NCBI GenBank assembly: GCA_963827655.1
Contig: CAWHCF010000023.1
Location: 352,001 to 416,000 of the forward strand
Direction: 5' to 3'
From: an uncultured Acidobacteriota bacterium
Lineage (GTDB): Bacteria; Acidobacteriota; UBA6911
DNA: 64,000 nucleotides
Below are positions 10,215 through 19,537 of the stretch, piece by piece; position 1 is the first letter of the stretch; each line of letters opens with the position of its first letter. The notes beneath the pieces were generated by a model. It did not search any database. It was not told the DNA's origin and saw only the letters and a list, made by a program, of their open reading frames with translations. The position numbers were made by a program, and so were the translations under genes.

Positions 10215-10757
10215 TCATTTGAACTTGAATTGATACCAGAACAATCCCAGAAGAGTCTTGCCATCCATGATCTCGCCGCGAACGACTTTGGCAAGACACT
10301 GTTCGAGGGTGTAGCGCTCCACGCTGATATGTTCTCCGTCTTCCAGGCGCTGTTGTACCGGCTCGAGCGCCCGAGCCACGAAAAGATGCAGGAGCTCGTT
10401 GCTGATGCCCGGCGAGGTGTAAAACGAGCATTCGTGGGTCAGTTCCTGGGCGCGATAGCCGGCCTCCTCTTCCAGCTCGCGCGCAATCGTCTCTTCCGGC
10501 GACAGGTGGCTGTCCAGCTTGCCGGCGGGAAATTCCAGTATGTATTTTTGAAGCGGATAACGAAACTGTCGGATGAGGACCAGGCGGCCGTCGTCCAGAA
10601 TGGGGACGGCCAGGACACCCCCGGGATGCAGAACAACCTCCCGGATCGAAGTGCTTCCAGAAGCCTGCCGAATGGTGTCTACATGCAGCTTCACGATTTT
10701 GCCGCTATATAGCTCCTCGTGTTTTACGATTTCAGCTTCTGGATTGGACTCGGTCAT
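10215..10757 (-). CDS. Nudix hydrolase (ADP-ribose pyrophosphatase-like)
   Basis: EFPAGKLD..ARELEEEAG Nudix box, YTSPG. Confidence 0.92.
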   Translation of the reverse strand: MTESNPEAEIVKHEELYSGKIVKLHVDTIRQASGSTSIREVVLHPGGVLAVPILDDGRLVLIRQFRYPLQKYILEFPAGKLDSHLSPEETIARELEEEAGYRAQELTHECSFYTSPGISNELLHLFVARALEPVQQRLEDGEHISVERYTLEQCLAKVVRGEIMDGKTLLGLFWYQFKFK

Positions 10758-10803
10758 TGCACCACCGACGCGAAGACCCCGGAGCAAAAAACCGGGAGAT
10801 TAT

Positions 10804-11244
10804 TTATAAGAAATGCATGGTGTGCTCAAACATCATGCAGCGATTCATTACAACCTGGAGACCGGCCTGGCGGGACCGCTCGGCAGAGGCCTCGTCACTC
10901 AGGCCATTCTGCATCCAGATCGCTTTGGCCCCGGCCTCGATGGCCAGCTCCACAATCTCCGGTATGTGTTGAATACGTCTAAAGATATCGACTACCTCGA
11001 TAGGCCTCGGAACAGAGGACAGATCGGGATAGGCTTTCAATCCGAGGGTGTCGCTTATTTCCGGGTTTACCGGAAAGATCTCATAACCCTGCTCGAGAAG
11101 GTAGCTCCCGACCCGATGGCTGTCGCGCCATGGTTTCGAAGAGAGGCCGACGATTGCAATTCGAGAGTAGCTCGTAAGAATCGAGCATATGGTGTCGTCA
11201 ATCGGGTTACGATGTTTCATCTTGCAATGCTGCATCGGCTCCAC
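10804..11244 (-). CDS. CoA-binding protein (YccU-like)
   Basis: IAIVGLS, PVNP, VDIFRR, IWMQNG, MNRC. Confidence 0.92.
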   Translation of the reverse strand: MEPMQHCKMKHRNPIDDTICSILTSYSRIAIVGLSSKPWRDSHRVGSYLLEQGYEIFPVNPEISDTLGLKAYPDLSSVPRPIEVVDIFRRIQHIPEIVELAIEAGAKAIWMQNGLSDEASAERSRQAGLQVVMNRCMMFEHTMHFL

Positions 11245-11643
11245 CTTGCTTGGAGCAATCTATAAGGAATGCCGTGGGTCCCGCAAGCGGCATTATCGAG
11301 GGCTGCGATTCAGACCGTGCCGAGAACCAGGACTGGAGAAAGAGCCAACGGACCGACAGTACGTACCCGGGGCCGTGAGAATGTGCGAAAAAATCAGGTC
11401 AGGGTCATAGCTGAAATCCTTCACAGCTTCTGAGGCAGGGGAAATCGGGTCTCGCGACCATGAGCGATGAAGGGGCGGCACAGTCGAGAGCCGAGGCCTC
11501 AGGCCCTGGTTAACGGGACGCCAGAAGAACTTCGAGGCGCATGCCGCTACCGTACGAATCGCCTTGAGGCCAGCGGGGTCGAGAATTATTGCGGGCGCCC
11601 AAAAATCACCGGCAAGCCTCGGCGACAGGGTGTAAAATAATTG

Positions 11644-11668
11644 GGAACCTGTGACCTCGGCTGGCGTT
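11644..11668 (+). promoter_or_regulatory. ECF-type promoter GGAAC-N16-CGTT
   Basis: Exact motif about 40 nt upstream of the sigma ATG at 11709. Confidence 0.7.
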
Positions 11669-11708
11669 TAAACATATGTCTTCATGGAGATTGCGGAAAA
11701 GGAGATTA

Positions 11709-12353
11709 ATGGCAGGATCGGAGGGACAGGCCCTAGAGCTTAAAGGGCTTGAGATAGGGCTTGATCAGCCCGGCTCGGGCACCGACAACGATCTGGTCCG
11801 TGAGTTCATAGCCGGAAACGAAGCTGCCTTCACGCAGCTGGTTACCAAATACAAGGACCCGATCACTAACTATCTCAATGTCATGGTCGGCGACTACGAC
11901 ATAGCTGTCGACCTCTGTCAGGAGACTTTTCTTCGAGTATATAAAAATATCACGCGCTATAGTAATATCTACCAGTTCTCGACTTGGATCTACCGGATCG
12001 CCACAAATCTTGCTATCGATGAGATGCGATATCGCCGGCGCAGAGGACAGGTCTTTTACAACAATGTCTGGGCGAACGGCAGCGAGAATTCTGATTCCCG
12101 GCCCGAGTTCGAGATTTCGGATGTACGTCTCGGGCCGCGCGATGAGATCCTGCGCAAGGAGAGCACTCAAGTTCTCGGCGATGCGATCCGGTCGCTTCCG
12201 GAAAAGTATCGCACCGCGTTCATCATGAAAGAAATTCAAGAACTACCTTATGAAACCATTGCCAAAGTGCTCAACTGTTCGGCTGGTACGATAAAATCAC
12301 GCCTGCACAGGGCGCGGGAACTGCTGCAGCGCAAGCTTGAGCACTACGCTTGA
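11709..12353 (+). CDS. ECF RNA polymerase sigma factor
   Basis: QETFLRVY, FSTWIYRIATN, GTIKSRLHRAR; GGAG RBS before ATG 11709. Confidence 0.95.
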   Translation: MAGSEGQALELKGLEIGLDQPGSGTDNDLVREFIAGNEAAFTQLVTKYKDPITNYLNVMVGDYDIAVDLCQETFLRVYKNITRYSNIYQFSTWIYRIATNLAIDEMRYRRRRGQVFYNNVWANGSENSDSRPEFEISDVRLGPRDEILRKESTQVLGDAIRSLPEKYRTAFIMKEIQELPYETIAKVLNCSAGTIKSRLHRARELLQRKLEHYA

Positions 12354-13087
12354 AAGATATGGACTGTCGCAAATTTCAGAAAAACCTGGAAGATTACCTG
12401 GAAGGAGGGTTGGATTTCGCTGGGCGCTTCGGAATGGAGCGCCATGCCCAGCAGTGCTACCCCTGCGGCCGTACGGAATCCGAAGCTCAGAAGCTCAAGC
12501 ACCTGGCACTCGAAATCAAACGAGTCGGCGCTCCGCCAAATTTCGAGGCGGCGGTACTGGCGCGCATTCATAACAGGGAATCACGCTTTTTTGGGGGGGG
12601 CCTACGTAAGTGGTGGGCCCACGGACCGGAATGGCCCTCCTGGCCCTCTTTAGCACTAGGTGTTTCAGGTCTGAGCCTGTTCGCCCTGGCGACTCTTTTC
12701 TCTCTTCATCATTTTGGCGGGACCGACCCGAATGGTGAGATCGCCGCGGAGCAGGTACCGTCCAGTCATCGTCTTCCCTCCACGCCTTCTCCCAGAGAAG
12801 AGTCCTTGACCGCAGCGGCCCCGCGGTCTTCCTCCGATCCCGTGACTGAGCTTCCCGTGAATCCTTCGACTGTCAGCCCAGCCAGTAGTTCGGCACGTCG
12901 TCCGCGCGCGCTTTATTCGACCGACGAGTTGACCGTAGAGCTTTCGAATCCGAGCGAGTCTGATTATGTCGAATACCTCGTTCCGGGACCAGGCAATCGC
13001 CCGGTCATAATGCGGTTGCCGAATACTATCCGGATGAAGTATGGTCAGGCCTCTGAAGAGCATTTTATCCGGAATGTCAGTCACTGA
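12350..13087 (+). CDS. Membrane anti-sigma factor (zf-HC2/ZAS)
   Basis: MDC..HAQQCYPC (HxxxCxxC), one TM helix, overlaps the sigma stop. Confidence 0.85.
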   Translation: MKDMDCRKFQKNLEDYLEGGLDFAGRFGMERHAQQCYPCGRTESEAQKLKHLALEIKRVGAPPNFEAAVLARIHNRESRFFGGGLRKWWAHGPEWPSWPSLALGVSGLSLFALATLFSLHHFGGTDPNGEIAAEQVPSSHRLPSTPSPREESLTAAAPRSSSDPVTELPVNPSTVSPASSSARRPRALYSTDELTVELSNPSESDYVEYLVPGPGNRPVIMRLPNTIRMKYGQASEEHFIRNVSH

Positions 13088-13095
13088 AGCAATCC

Positions 13096-14556
13096 ATGAT
13101 CTCTGCAACCCTATTCTCCATCGCACGCGCCGCTCGACCCCTGACATTTAGTATCGCCCTGCTGTTCTCCACTACGGCCGCGCCGGCCCAGGAGACTTCT
13201 GCGACCGCCAATGCGCGCGGCGCCGAGGATACCCTGGTTCGCGTTAACATCACGACCGAGACTCGCGGGAAAGGCGAGCGCGTTGTGATCAACGGGCGGG
13301 AAATCTCCGATTATCGACCGCGGATTATTCAGATCTTTCCGGCCACGGGTATCGTGATCGACGACTCCGGGCATGTCCTGACTTTCTTGGGCTACCGCTG
13401 GGTAGATATTCAGGGAAGCAACCGACGGATTGAGGTTGTTACCAATCAGGGACAGAAGCTGCCGGGACGGCTGGTTGGGATCGACCAGAGTGTTGGGGTT
13501 GCGGTTGTTAAACCCCAAGGGGGAAAGCTGAAGAAAACACCCTTCTGCCGGCGCTGCGAGGTTCGCGATGGCTTGACGGTTGTGACACGGGTCTTAGGCA
13601 GCGAAGGTTCGGAATTTCAACGTGCTCAGATTTCCTCCGTGGGTAGCTCCTCCGAGGGGCAAGACCTTCAGTGGGAGGTCACGATCGATCGTCACATTCC
13701 GGGTATCGGAGAGCCACTGTTAGATACCGACCATCGTGTCCTCGGGTTCATCGCAAGTCAAAAGCCGTCGGGGCAGGATCTCATGGGGATCCACACAATC
13801 GTTTACCCGATGTCCCAACTCTTGACCTCAGCAGAAAAGATTTTGCAGGCCGGCACCGACATTCGCACCGGTTGGCTGGGGGTGTTTCTCGATGACGCAT
13901 CTTCCAAAGACGGAGCAGGAGTGGCAATCCGAAATGTCCTTCAGGATAGTCCGGCGCAACGGGCGGGACTGTTGGCTGGAGACGTTCTGCTAAGATGGAA
14001 TCAGATTCCATTGCAACACGTTCGCCAGTTCATCCGGATGGTCCAGGAAACACCTGCCGGAACCCGCGTCGATCTTGATATCATCCGCCAGGGAGAGCGT
14101 CAGACCCTCTCGGCCACCATAGACTCGCGCAAGCCTGAAGACACGCTCGGAAGATTCGTTGTGAGTGTTCCGGAACTGGCGGATGCCCAGGGTCAAGTCG
14201 AATCCAACGCTTCTCAAAACCATGGCTCAAGGCAGGCCGGCCCGCAGATCGGCCTTGAGGTCGTCCTCCTGAATCCGCAGCTCGCCGATTACATGAAGAT
14301 CCCCGGACAGTCGGGACTCTTAATCTCAAGAGTCGAACCCAACACGGCAGCGGAAAGGAGCGGGTTGCAGGCAGGCGATGTAATTCTCTCAATCGACGGA
14401 CGACGGATTCTTGACCTGCAGACGTTTTCTTCCTATGTCCAGTCCCGTGCCTCAGGCGACACGTTATCGCTGCGGCTTTTGCGCAAAGGGGTCGAGCGGA
14501 GCGTCGTCATCCTGCTCAGACAGCCGAGGACGAAAACGCCTGTGCCGCGCCCGTAG
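13096..14556 (+). CDS. HtrA/DegP-like protein with two PDZ domains; catalytic motifs degenerate
   Basis: Signal peptide, TGIVID..HVLT, GWLGV and QIGL PDZ starts; no TNxHV or GNSGG. Confidence 0.8.
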   Translation: MISATLFSIARAARPLTFSIALLFSTTAAPAQETSATANARGAEDTLVRVNITTETRGKGERVVINGREISDYRPRIIQIFPATGIVIDDSGHVLTFLGYRWVDIQGSNRRIEVVTNQGQKLPGRLVGIDQSVGVAVVKPQGGKLKKTPFCRRCEVRDGLTVVTRVLGSEGSEFQRAQISSVGSSSEGQDLQWEVTIDRHIPGIGEPLLDTDHRVLGFIASQKPSGQDLMGIHTIVYPMSQLLTSAEKILQAGTDIRTGWLGVFLDDASSKDGAGVAIRNVLQDSPAQRAGLLAGDVLLRWNQIPLQHVRQFIRMVQETPAGTRVDLDIIRQGERQTLSATIDSRKPEDTLGRFVVSVPELADAQGQVESNASQNHGSRQAGPQIGLEVVLLNPQLADYMKIPGQSGLLISRVEPNTAAERSGLQAGDVILSIDGRRILDLQTFSSYVQSRASGDTLSLRLLRKGVERSVVILLRQPRTKTPVPRP

Positions 14557-14726
14557 TTTTGACGGCGAGCGACCCTCATAACGAAAACAGGCCCGCCGTC
14601 CAATTGCGCAAGGCGAAGCACGTTTGCGACATATCCTGTATCGGCCCGGAAAAGGCGAAAGCGCCGAAACCAATGAAATGCGGTCGGGACACTGGAATCT
14701 GACGGAGTAAGCGAGAGAGGCTGGAA

Positions 14727-15137
14727 ATGGGTCCTAACTACTGGCTCTTGTTGGCCGATCCCAAGTCGTACAAATACGACGATCTCGAACGAGAGAAACG
14801 CACCGTGTGGGACGGCATTGCCGGCAGCCTCGCGCAGAAACATATGCGTAACTTCAAGAAAGGAGACGAGGCGCTGATTTATCACACGGCGCCGGATAAG
14901 GCTGTTATCGGCGTCGGCAGCATCGCCTCAGATCCTTACGCCGATCCGAAAGATGCCGGAGCGAAACTCGTTGTTGTAGACCTCGAGCCAGTCCGGCGAT
15001 TGAAAACTCCGGTGACTCTGCAGCAGCTCAGGGAGAACACGAAACTGGCTGGCATGACTTTCCTCAAGATCCAGCGCATCGCCGTTTCTCCTCTCAACCA
15101 AACCGAATTCGCTGAGATTCTGAAGATGGGCGAATGA
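14727..15137 (+). CDS. EVE domain protein
   Basis: NYWLL..DP..Y, WDGI, MRNFKKGD, YHT. Confidence 0.9.
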   Translation: MGPNYWLLLADPKSYKYDDLEREKRTVWDGIAGSLAQKHMRNFKKGDEALIYHTAPDKAVIGVGSIASDPYADPKDAGAKLVVVDLEPVRRLKTPVTLQQLRENTKLAGMTFLKIQRIAVSPLNQTEFAEILKMGE

Positions 15138-15167
15138 AGCCCGTCGCAATTACGGTAACGTATTGAT

Positions 15168-15231
15168 TCTTGGTGTTTCTTCGTGTCTTCGTGGTATTTG
15201 ATTAGACAGCTCTAACCACGAAGACACTAAG
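15168..15231. repeat. Inverted pair of the CCACGAAGACAC repeat family
   Basis: cttcgtgtcttcgtggta ... taaccacgaagacactaag. Confidence 0.85.
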
Positions 15232-15312
15232 GTTCGTTCGGGGACTTCGCCCCGAACGAAAGCCCCTTTTGAACGACAACATGTTGGTTTAAACGTTTCA
15301 CCAAGCGCCTAA
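15227..15312 (+). repeat. 86-bp dispersed hairpin element, copy 1 (MITE/REP-like)
   Basis: 79/86 identical by manual alignment to 32941-33026; 11-bp stem TTCGTTCGGGG/CCCCGAACGAA. Confidence 0.9.
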
Positions 15313-15324
15313 AGATCCAGCCAT

Positions 15325-15834
15325 TCACTTGCTTCCGAGATCAGCCAGACACTGGTTCAGGCGCTCACGTAACGGCACGAGCTCCTGGTAAACGGTGCGC
15401 CGGTTCATCGCATAGATGACCGCGGCGAAAAGGACATTCAGGGCGATGTGAACTACCAGAGTTTCGCGCGCATGGTGCAGCCCCACCACGAACAGATTCA
15501 GTCCGATCGAGATGGGAGCGATATACCACCACAGGACCCGCCGAATGAGCCGAATTTGCCCATCGAGTGCCTCCCGGTTGAGCCGGCAATACTCCTCGAA
15601 CGTAAGATCGCGCCGGAGCCCGCGTCGATTCCGGCGGGTCCAGTAAAGGACGACCAGGATTCCCAGCGCGCTCGCAGCCAGGATGAGCGACCCGGCGCGG
15701 ATCCAGGGATCCCGGGTAAGCCATGCAATCGATAGTACGATCAGTGACCCCACCGCCGCTGTTGCGCCTTCGGCCCAGTCGCGACGGTCGATGGCTCGGT
15801 TGATGTCCGATAGTCTCTTCCGTATGTCTTCCAT
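15325..15834 (-). CDS. 4-TM membrane protein, paralog of 16675..17274
   Basis: LDGQIRLIRRVLWWYIAPISIGLNL vs VDGQIALLRSVLWWYILPLLIGCNL; C-terminal LVPLRERL vs LLPLREEL. Confidence 0.85.
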   Translation of the reverse strand: MEDIRKRLSDINRAIDRRDWAEGATAAVGSLIVLSIAWLTRDPWIRAGSLILAASALGILVVLYWTRRNRRGLRRDLTFEEYCRLNREALDGQIRLIRRVLWWYIAPISIGLNLFVVGLHHARETLVVHIALNVLFAAVIYAMNRRTVYQELVPLRERLNQCLADLGSK

Positions 15835-16028
15835 GATTTCCCCCTGGAAACTGTCCTATCCGGGATCACTTGAAGCAGGATCTCCCGGCAATTGAGATCG
15901 CGGGATTGGTCGTACCTCGCGCAGCCCCGCTTCCCGGCTGTCCGGCGACGAATGTTGATCTCGACCATATAATTCGATCCGGCCTTCGCGTCACGATTCA
16001 CCCCGATTCGATTCACCTTCGATCTGTA

Positions 16029-16058
16029 ATTAGTCGCCCGAGACGCCCCGGACTTACA
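16029..16058 (-). promoter_or_regulatory. Putative ECF promoter TGTAAG-N16-CGACTAAT (leftward)
   Basis: Same boxes and spacing as 16135-16164 on the opposite strand. Confidence 0.75.
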
Positions 16059-16134
16059 AATCGTTTTCCTACGGACGTTCCATGGCCTGGCGCCAAAGGA
16101 TCGAACTTTCTGTGCGGGAACTCACCAGCCTGCC

Positions 16135-16164
16135 TGTAAGATTCCGGTATTATCCACGACTAAT
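16135..16164 (+). promoter_or_regulatory. Putative autoregulatory ECF promoter TGTAAG-N16-CGACTAAT
   Basis: 30 nt upstream of the sigma ATG at 16194; duplicated divergently. Confidence 0.75.
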
Positions 16165-16193
16165 AACTGACAGACCGCCTCAGGTTGCTTACG

Positions 16194-16673
16194 ATGGACC
16201 TTCATCAACGCTTTGAAGTCCTGGTTACCGCTAATCATCGGCGGCTCCTGGCCATCGCCCGCAGCTATGCCTGGGGCGAGGAAGGTCGAGACCTTTACCA
16301 GGAGATCCTCTTGCAACTCTGGCGCGGCTTCGAGCGCTTTGAGGGGCGGTCCCATGTCAATACCTGGGTCTACCGCGTCGCTCTTAACACGGCCATCACT
16401 TGGAAGCGCAGGGCCCGACCACAGGTTGTACGTGAGTCCAAAACGACAGAAGCATCGGAGGCCACGGTTGATCCCAACCCTCGCGATGAGATTGCTATCC
16501 TCGAAGAGTTCATCGCCTCGCTCGATGGCATCGACCGCGCGGTGTTTCTGCTCTACCTGGAAGACCTGAGTTACGCCGAGATGGCGGCCATCACCAGCCT
16601 CACTGAGAATCATATCGGCGTAAAGATCAACCGGCTCAAGAAGGCGTTCGTGGACCGTTACGTGGAGGCGTGA
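16194..16673 (+). CDS. ECF RNA polymerase sigma factor
   Basis: DLYQEILLQLW, TWVYRVALNTA, IGVKINRLK. Confidence 0.93.
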   Translation: MDLHQRFEVLVTANHRRLLAIARSYAWGEEGRDLYQEILLQLWRGFERFEGRSHVNTWVYRVALNTAITWKRRARPQVVRESKTTEASEATVDPNPRDEIAILEEFIASLDGIDRAVFLLYLEDLSYAEMAAITSLTENHIGVKINRLKKAFVDRYVEA

Positions 16674-16674
16674 G

Positions 16675-17274
16675 ATGGACATCGAACGGTTGAAGACAGC
16701 CTGGCAAAAGCACAGCGCAGCCACCGCGGACTGGGTAAGCGGAAGTAATCTGGCGGCGACGCTCGACCGGCGTGTCCGGCGTCTGGAACGTCAGGTCTTC
16801 TGGCGCGACATTCGCGAAACGCTCGCGGCCATGATCGGCGTCATAATCTTCGGACTGCTCGCCTGGTACACGGCATCGCCAGTCGCGCGCGCCGGCGCCG
16901 CGCTTACTGTCGTCGCGGCCATCTTCATCGTCGCTCATCTGCATCGGACACGCGCTCGTGTCAGTGCCCCGGATCCAAGCCTGCCGTTGATGGCATACTG
17001 CCGGCGCGCACTGGATCGAGTTGACGGTCAGATCGCCCTCCTGCGGTCGGTCCTGTGGTGGTATATCCTCCCACTTCTTATCGGTTGTAACCTCGTGTTT
17101 GCGGGACAGGCGGGGTTGGGCGTGATATCGCTGGTGTATGCGGCGCTGTCCTTGTCGTTCGGTGTTTTCGTCTACCGGCTGAACCAACGGGCAGTCAATA
17201 AGACGCTACTCCCGCTCAGAGAGGAGTTGGAGGTTTGCCTGCGCAGCGTCGAGGCGAACGGAGAAAGCAGGTAA
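16675..17274 (+). CDS. Putative 4-TM anti-sigma factor
   Basis: Directly after the sigma; N-terminal MDIERLKTAWQ helix followed by four TM segments. Confidence 0.75.
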   Translation: MDIERLKTAWQKHSAATADWVSGSNLAATLDRRVRRLERQVFWRDIRETLAAMIGVIIFGLLAWYTASPVARAGAALTVVAAIFIVAHLHRTRARVSAPDPSLPLMAYCRRALDRVDGQIALLRSVLWWYILPLLIGCNLVFAGQAGLGVISLVYAALSLSFGVFVYRLNQRAVNKTLLPLREELEVCLRSVEANGESR

Positions 17275-17305
17275 ACTCGCGCGGCGGAACCGGGCTCGTT
17301 CGGTC

Positions 17306-17911
17306 TTACTTGTTGGGAGGGCGGGAAGGACGCCGTTCCAGATCGATTTTCTTCAGCTTATCCAGCTCTTCCCGCAGGAGCTTGATGCGTTCGTCCCGTT
17401 CTCTGACGCCTGCTCTTGTCTTTTCCAGTTCGGCCTGCATGGCCTGTGTAGACTCATTGACCGTCTTCAGGTTTTCCGACTCTGCTTGAAGCCGCAGAAT
17501 ATATTCAGCCTGAGGCTTCAGCGGACTCTGGGGGAAAAGAGCCACCAGACGGTTAAGCAATTCGGTCGAACGGGCGGGATTGTGCGACGGGTGGCCGGGA
17601 ATGGCATAGGCCATTGCGAGCCGAAAGAGCACCCTGTCGTGGTCCTTAGGGTTGGGGGTGCCGCGCAGATAGTTTTCGTAGGCCTGGACGGCCTGGCTGA
17701 AATCCGCCTTTTCGAAAGAAATCTCTCCCTGCTTCAAGGACGCGGCCGGAACTGGAAGCGCAGGAGAGGCTGGTTGCCTTTGACATCCGGCCGCAGAGAC
17801 AAGCAGCCCGAACATCAAGGTAGGAGCAAGTCCACACTTCAATCCGCGCCCCTCCGGTAAAGCGCTAACGACTAACGACACAAGACGCCAATTCAACGCG
17901 CAGGGTCTCAA
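17306..17911 (-). CDS. TPR/coiled-coil lipoprotein (QseG/BamD-like)
   Basis: Lipobox AAGC, TPR-like helices, C-terminal LKKIDLERR coil; true start may be internal. Confidence 0.7.
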   Translation of the reverse strand: MRPCALNWRLVSLVVSALPEGRGLKCGLAPTLMFGLLVSAAGCQRQPASPALPVPAASLKQGEISFEKADFSQAVQAYENYLRGTPNPKDHDRVLFRLAMAYAIPGHPSHNPARSTELLNRLVALFPQSPLKPQAEYILRLQAESENLKTVNESTQAMQAELEKTRAGVRERDERIKLLREELDKLKKIDLERRPSRPPNK

Positions 17912-19438
17912 ATGGGAGACGAGGCCATGTAGGTTACTCCCTCCCGCGCCTCACCGGTAGGGAGCAACACCGAAATGATGCTCCCTCCCTCAGGATTATC
18001 CTCAACCCAGATGGCGCCACGGTGAGCCTCCACGATGGTGCGACAGATCGCGAGTCCGAGCCCCACACCCTGTCCCGAAATCTTCTTGCCCTGCTTAACC
18101 TGATGAAATTTTTCGAAGATCTTTTGCTTGTGCTGGTCCGGGATCCCTGGACCGGAGTCAGCTATAGCGACCAGGGCGAACGGCTTTCCATCGGTCTGAA
18201 CGATTTCACGCCAAGTATCCGGGATCGCCGCTGGAAGCCCGCTACAGGTTCGCACCGATACCTGGATTACTCCCCCGTCGCGAGAAAACTTGATGCCGTT
18301 TCCAATTACATTTCCAATCACCTGAATGATACGGTCTCCGTCACATTCGACCAAGACAGGCTCTTCCGGCATTTCTTCTTTGAGCTGCAGGCCCTTTTCG
18401 CCGGCCTGGACTTCGAATTCGGCCAGGGCTGTGCGAACCAACTCGCCGAGGTCACGCATTCTCAATTCGTACTCCAGCGCTCCGGCTTCCATGCGCGACA
18501 AATCGAGCATATTACCAAGCATGGAGGACAGCCGTCTTCCGCTTTGGAAGTTGAGTTCAAGGAGTCGCTTTTGCTTGTCGTTCAGCGACCCTGGTATTCG
18601 CTCCAGCATCAGGTGAATGGTTTCTTGCATCGAGGCCAGGGGCGCTTTCAGTTCATGGGAGACATGGGAGACAAAGTCTTTTTTCATCTGGTCCAGCTCG
18701 TTCAAACGCTGGGTCATGCTGTTGAAATCTCGCGCCAGCTGGGAAAACTCGTCATTGTGCGAAGCATCGAGCCGGTAGAAAAACTTCCCCTCAGCAATCG
18801 CTCGCGTACCCTGGGTCAAGTTGCGCAGCGGTTCGGCAATGGAGCGAATAATGACAAATGAGACCAGGCAGCTCAAAATGAGCGACAACGCCGCGGCGCT
18901 CAAGGAAATCCATTGGGCTTGCGCGCCCATACTTGCCGAGTTCTGGATCTCCGATTCGATCGTCTCTTGCGTCGCATTGTAAACGGTCTGAGCTTGAGTG
19001 CGCAGCCGATCCAGATGCTCCATCAGAGCCGGAGGCGGAATCTCGTCGGGTTTCAACTGGGATTCCCGGTGCCGCGAAATGTCTTCCTGTGAACTGATTC
19101 CAGAATCCGGTCAGCCGCTCGATTTCTTTTCGCTCTTTTTCGGACGTCGCGAGCGGTTGCAATTTCTCCAGGATTTCTTTGAAATCCCGTTCGTACTCCT
19201 TGCTCATTGATGCATATTCGGGATCCCCGGAGATCAGGGATTTCCTGGTGAACTCCTCGACCAGATCGCGCGTGCGCATGAGATCCACTGAAACCAGCGT
19301 GGCCTGAAAATCGACTCTTTCCAGACTCCTGAATTTCAAATGCATGCGGTTAATGGAGGTTATCTGGTAGACAAGTACACCGAACATCAAAGCGATCAGA
19401 ATCCCGTAACCCGAAATGCACTTGGTGGTTACTTTCAT
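17908..19438 (-). CDS. HAMP sensor histidine kinase, frameshifted near 19080
   Basis: TM and periplasmic part in ORF 18791..19459; HAMP, SHELKAP H-box and N/G boxes in ORF 17908..19056. Confidence 0.88.
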
Positions 19439-19537
19439 ACCAAGCGGGACCGCGCCCAACTTTGAGGCTTAAGAGCGTTCGCGTATTCGTGTCTGACCGG
19501 CAGCAAGTTCTCTTTTAGACCGAGGCGCCGGGAGCTG

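Noticed and set aside
11250-11640. ncRNA in the long divergent intergenic region
   Set aside because: Only short GC-rich stems and no recognisable family motif.
14727-15137. EVE protein as part of a modification-dependent defence system
   Set aside because: Stand-alone, with no nuclease or ATPase neighbour.
15741-16016. 91-aa leader ORF under the leftward ECF promoter
   Set aside because: Overlaps the membrane gene out of frame and has no similarity to the paralog's N-terminus.
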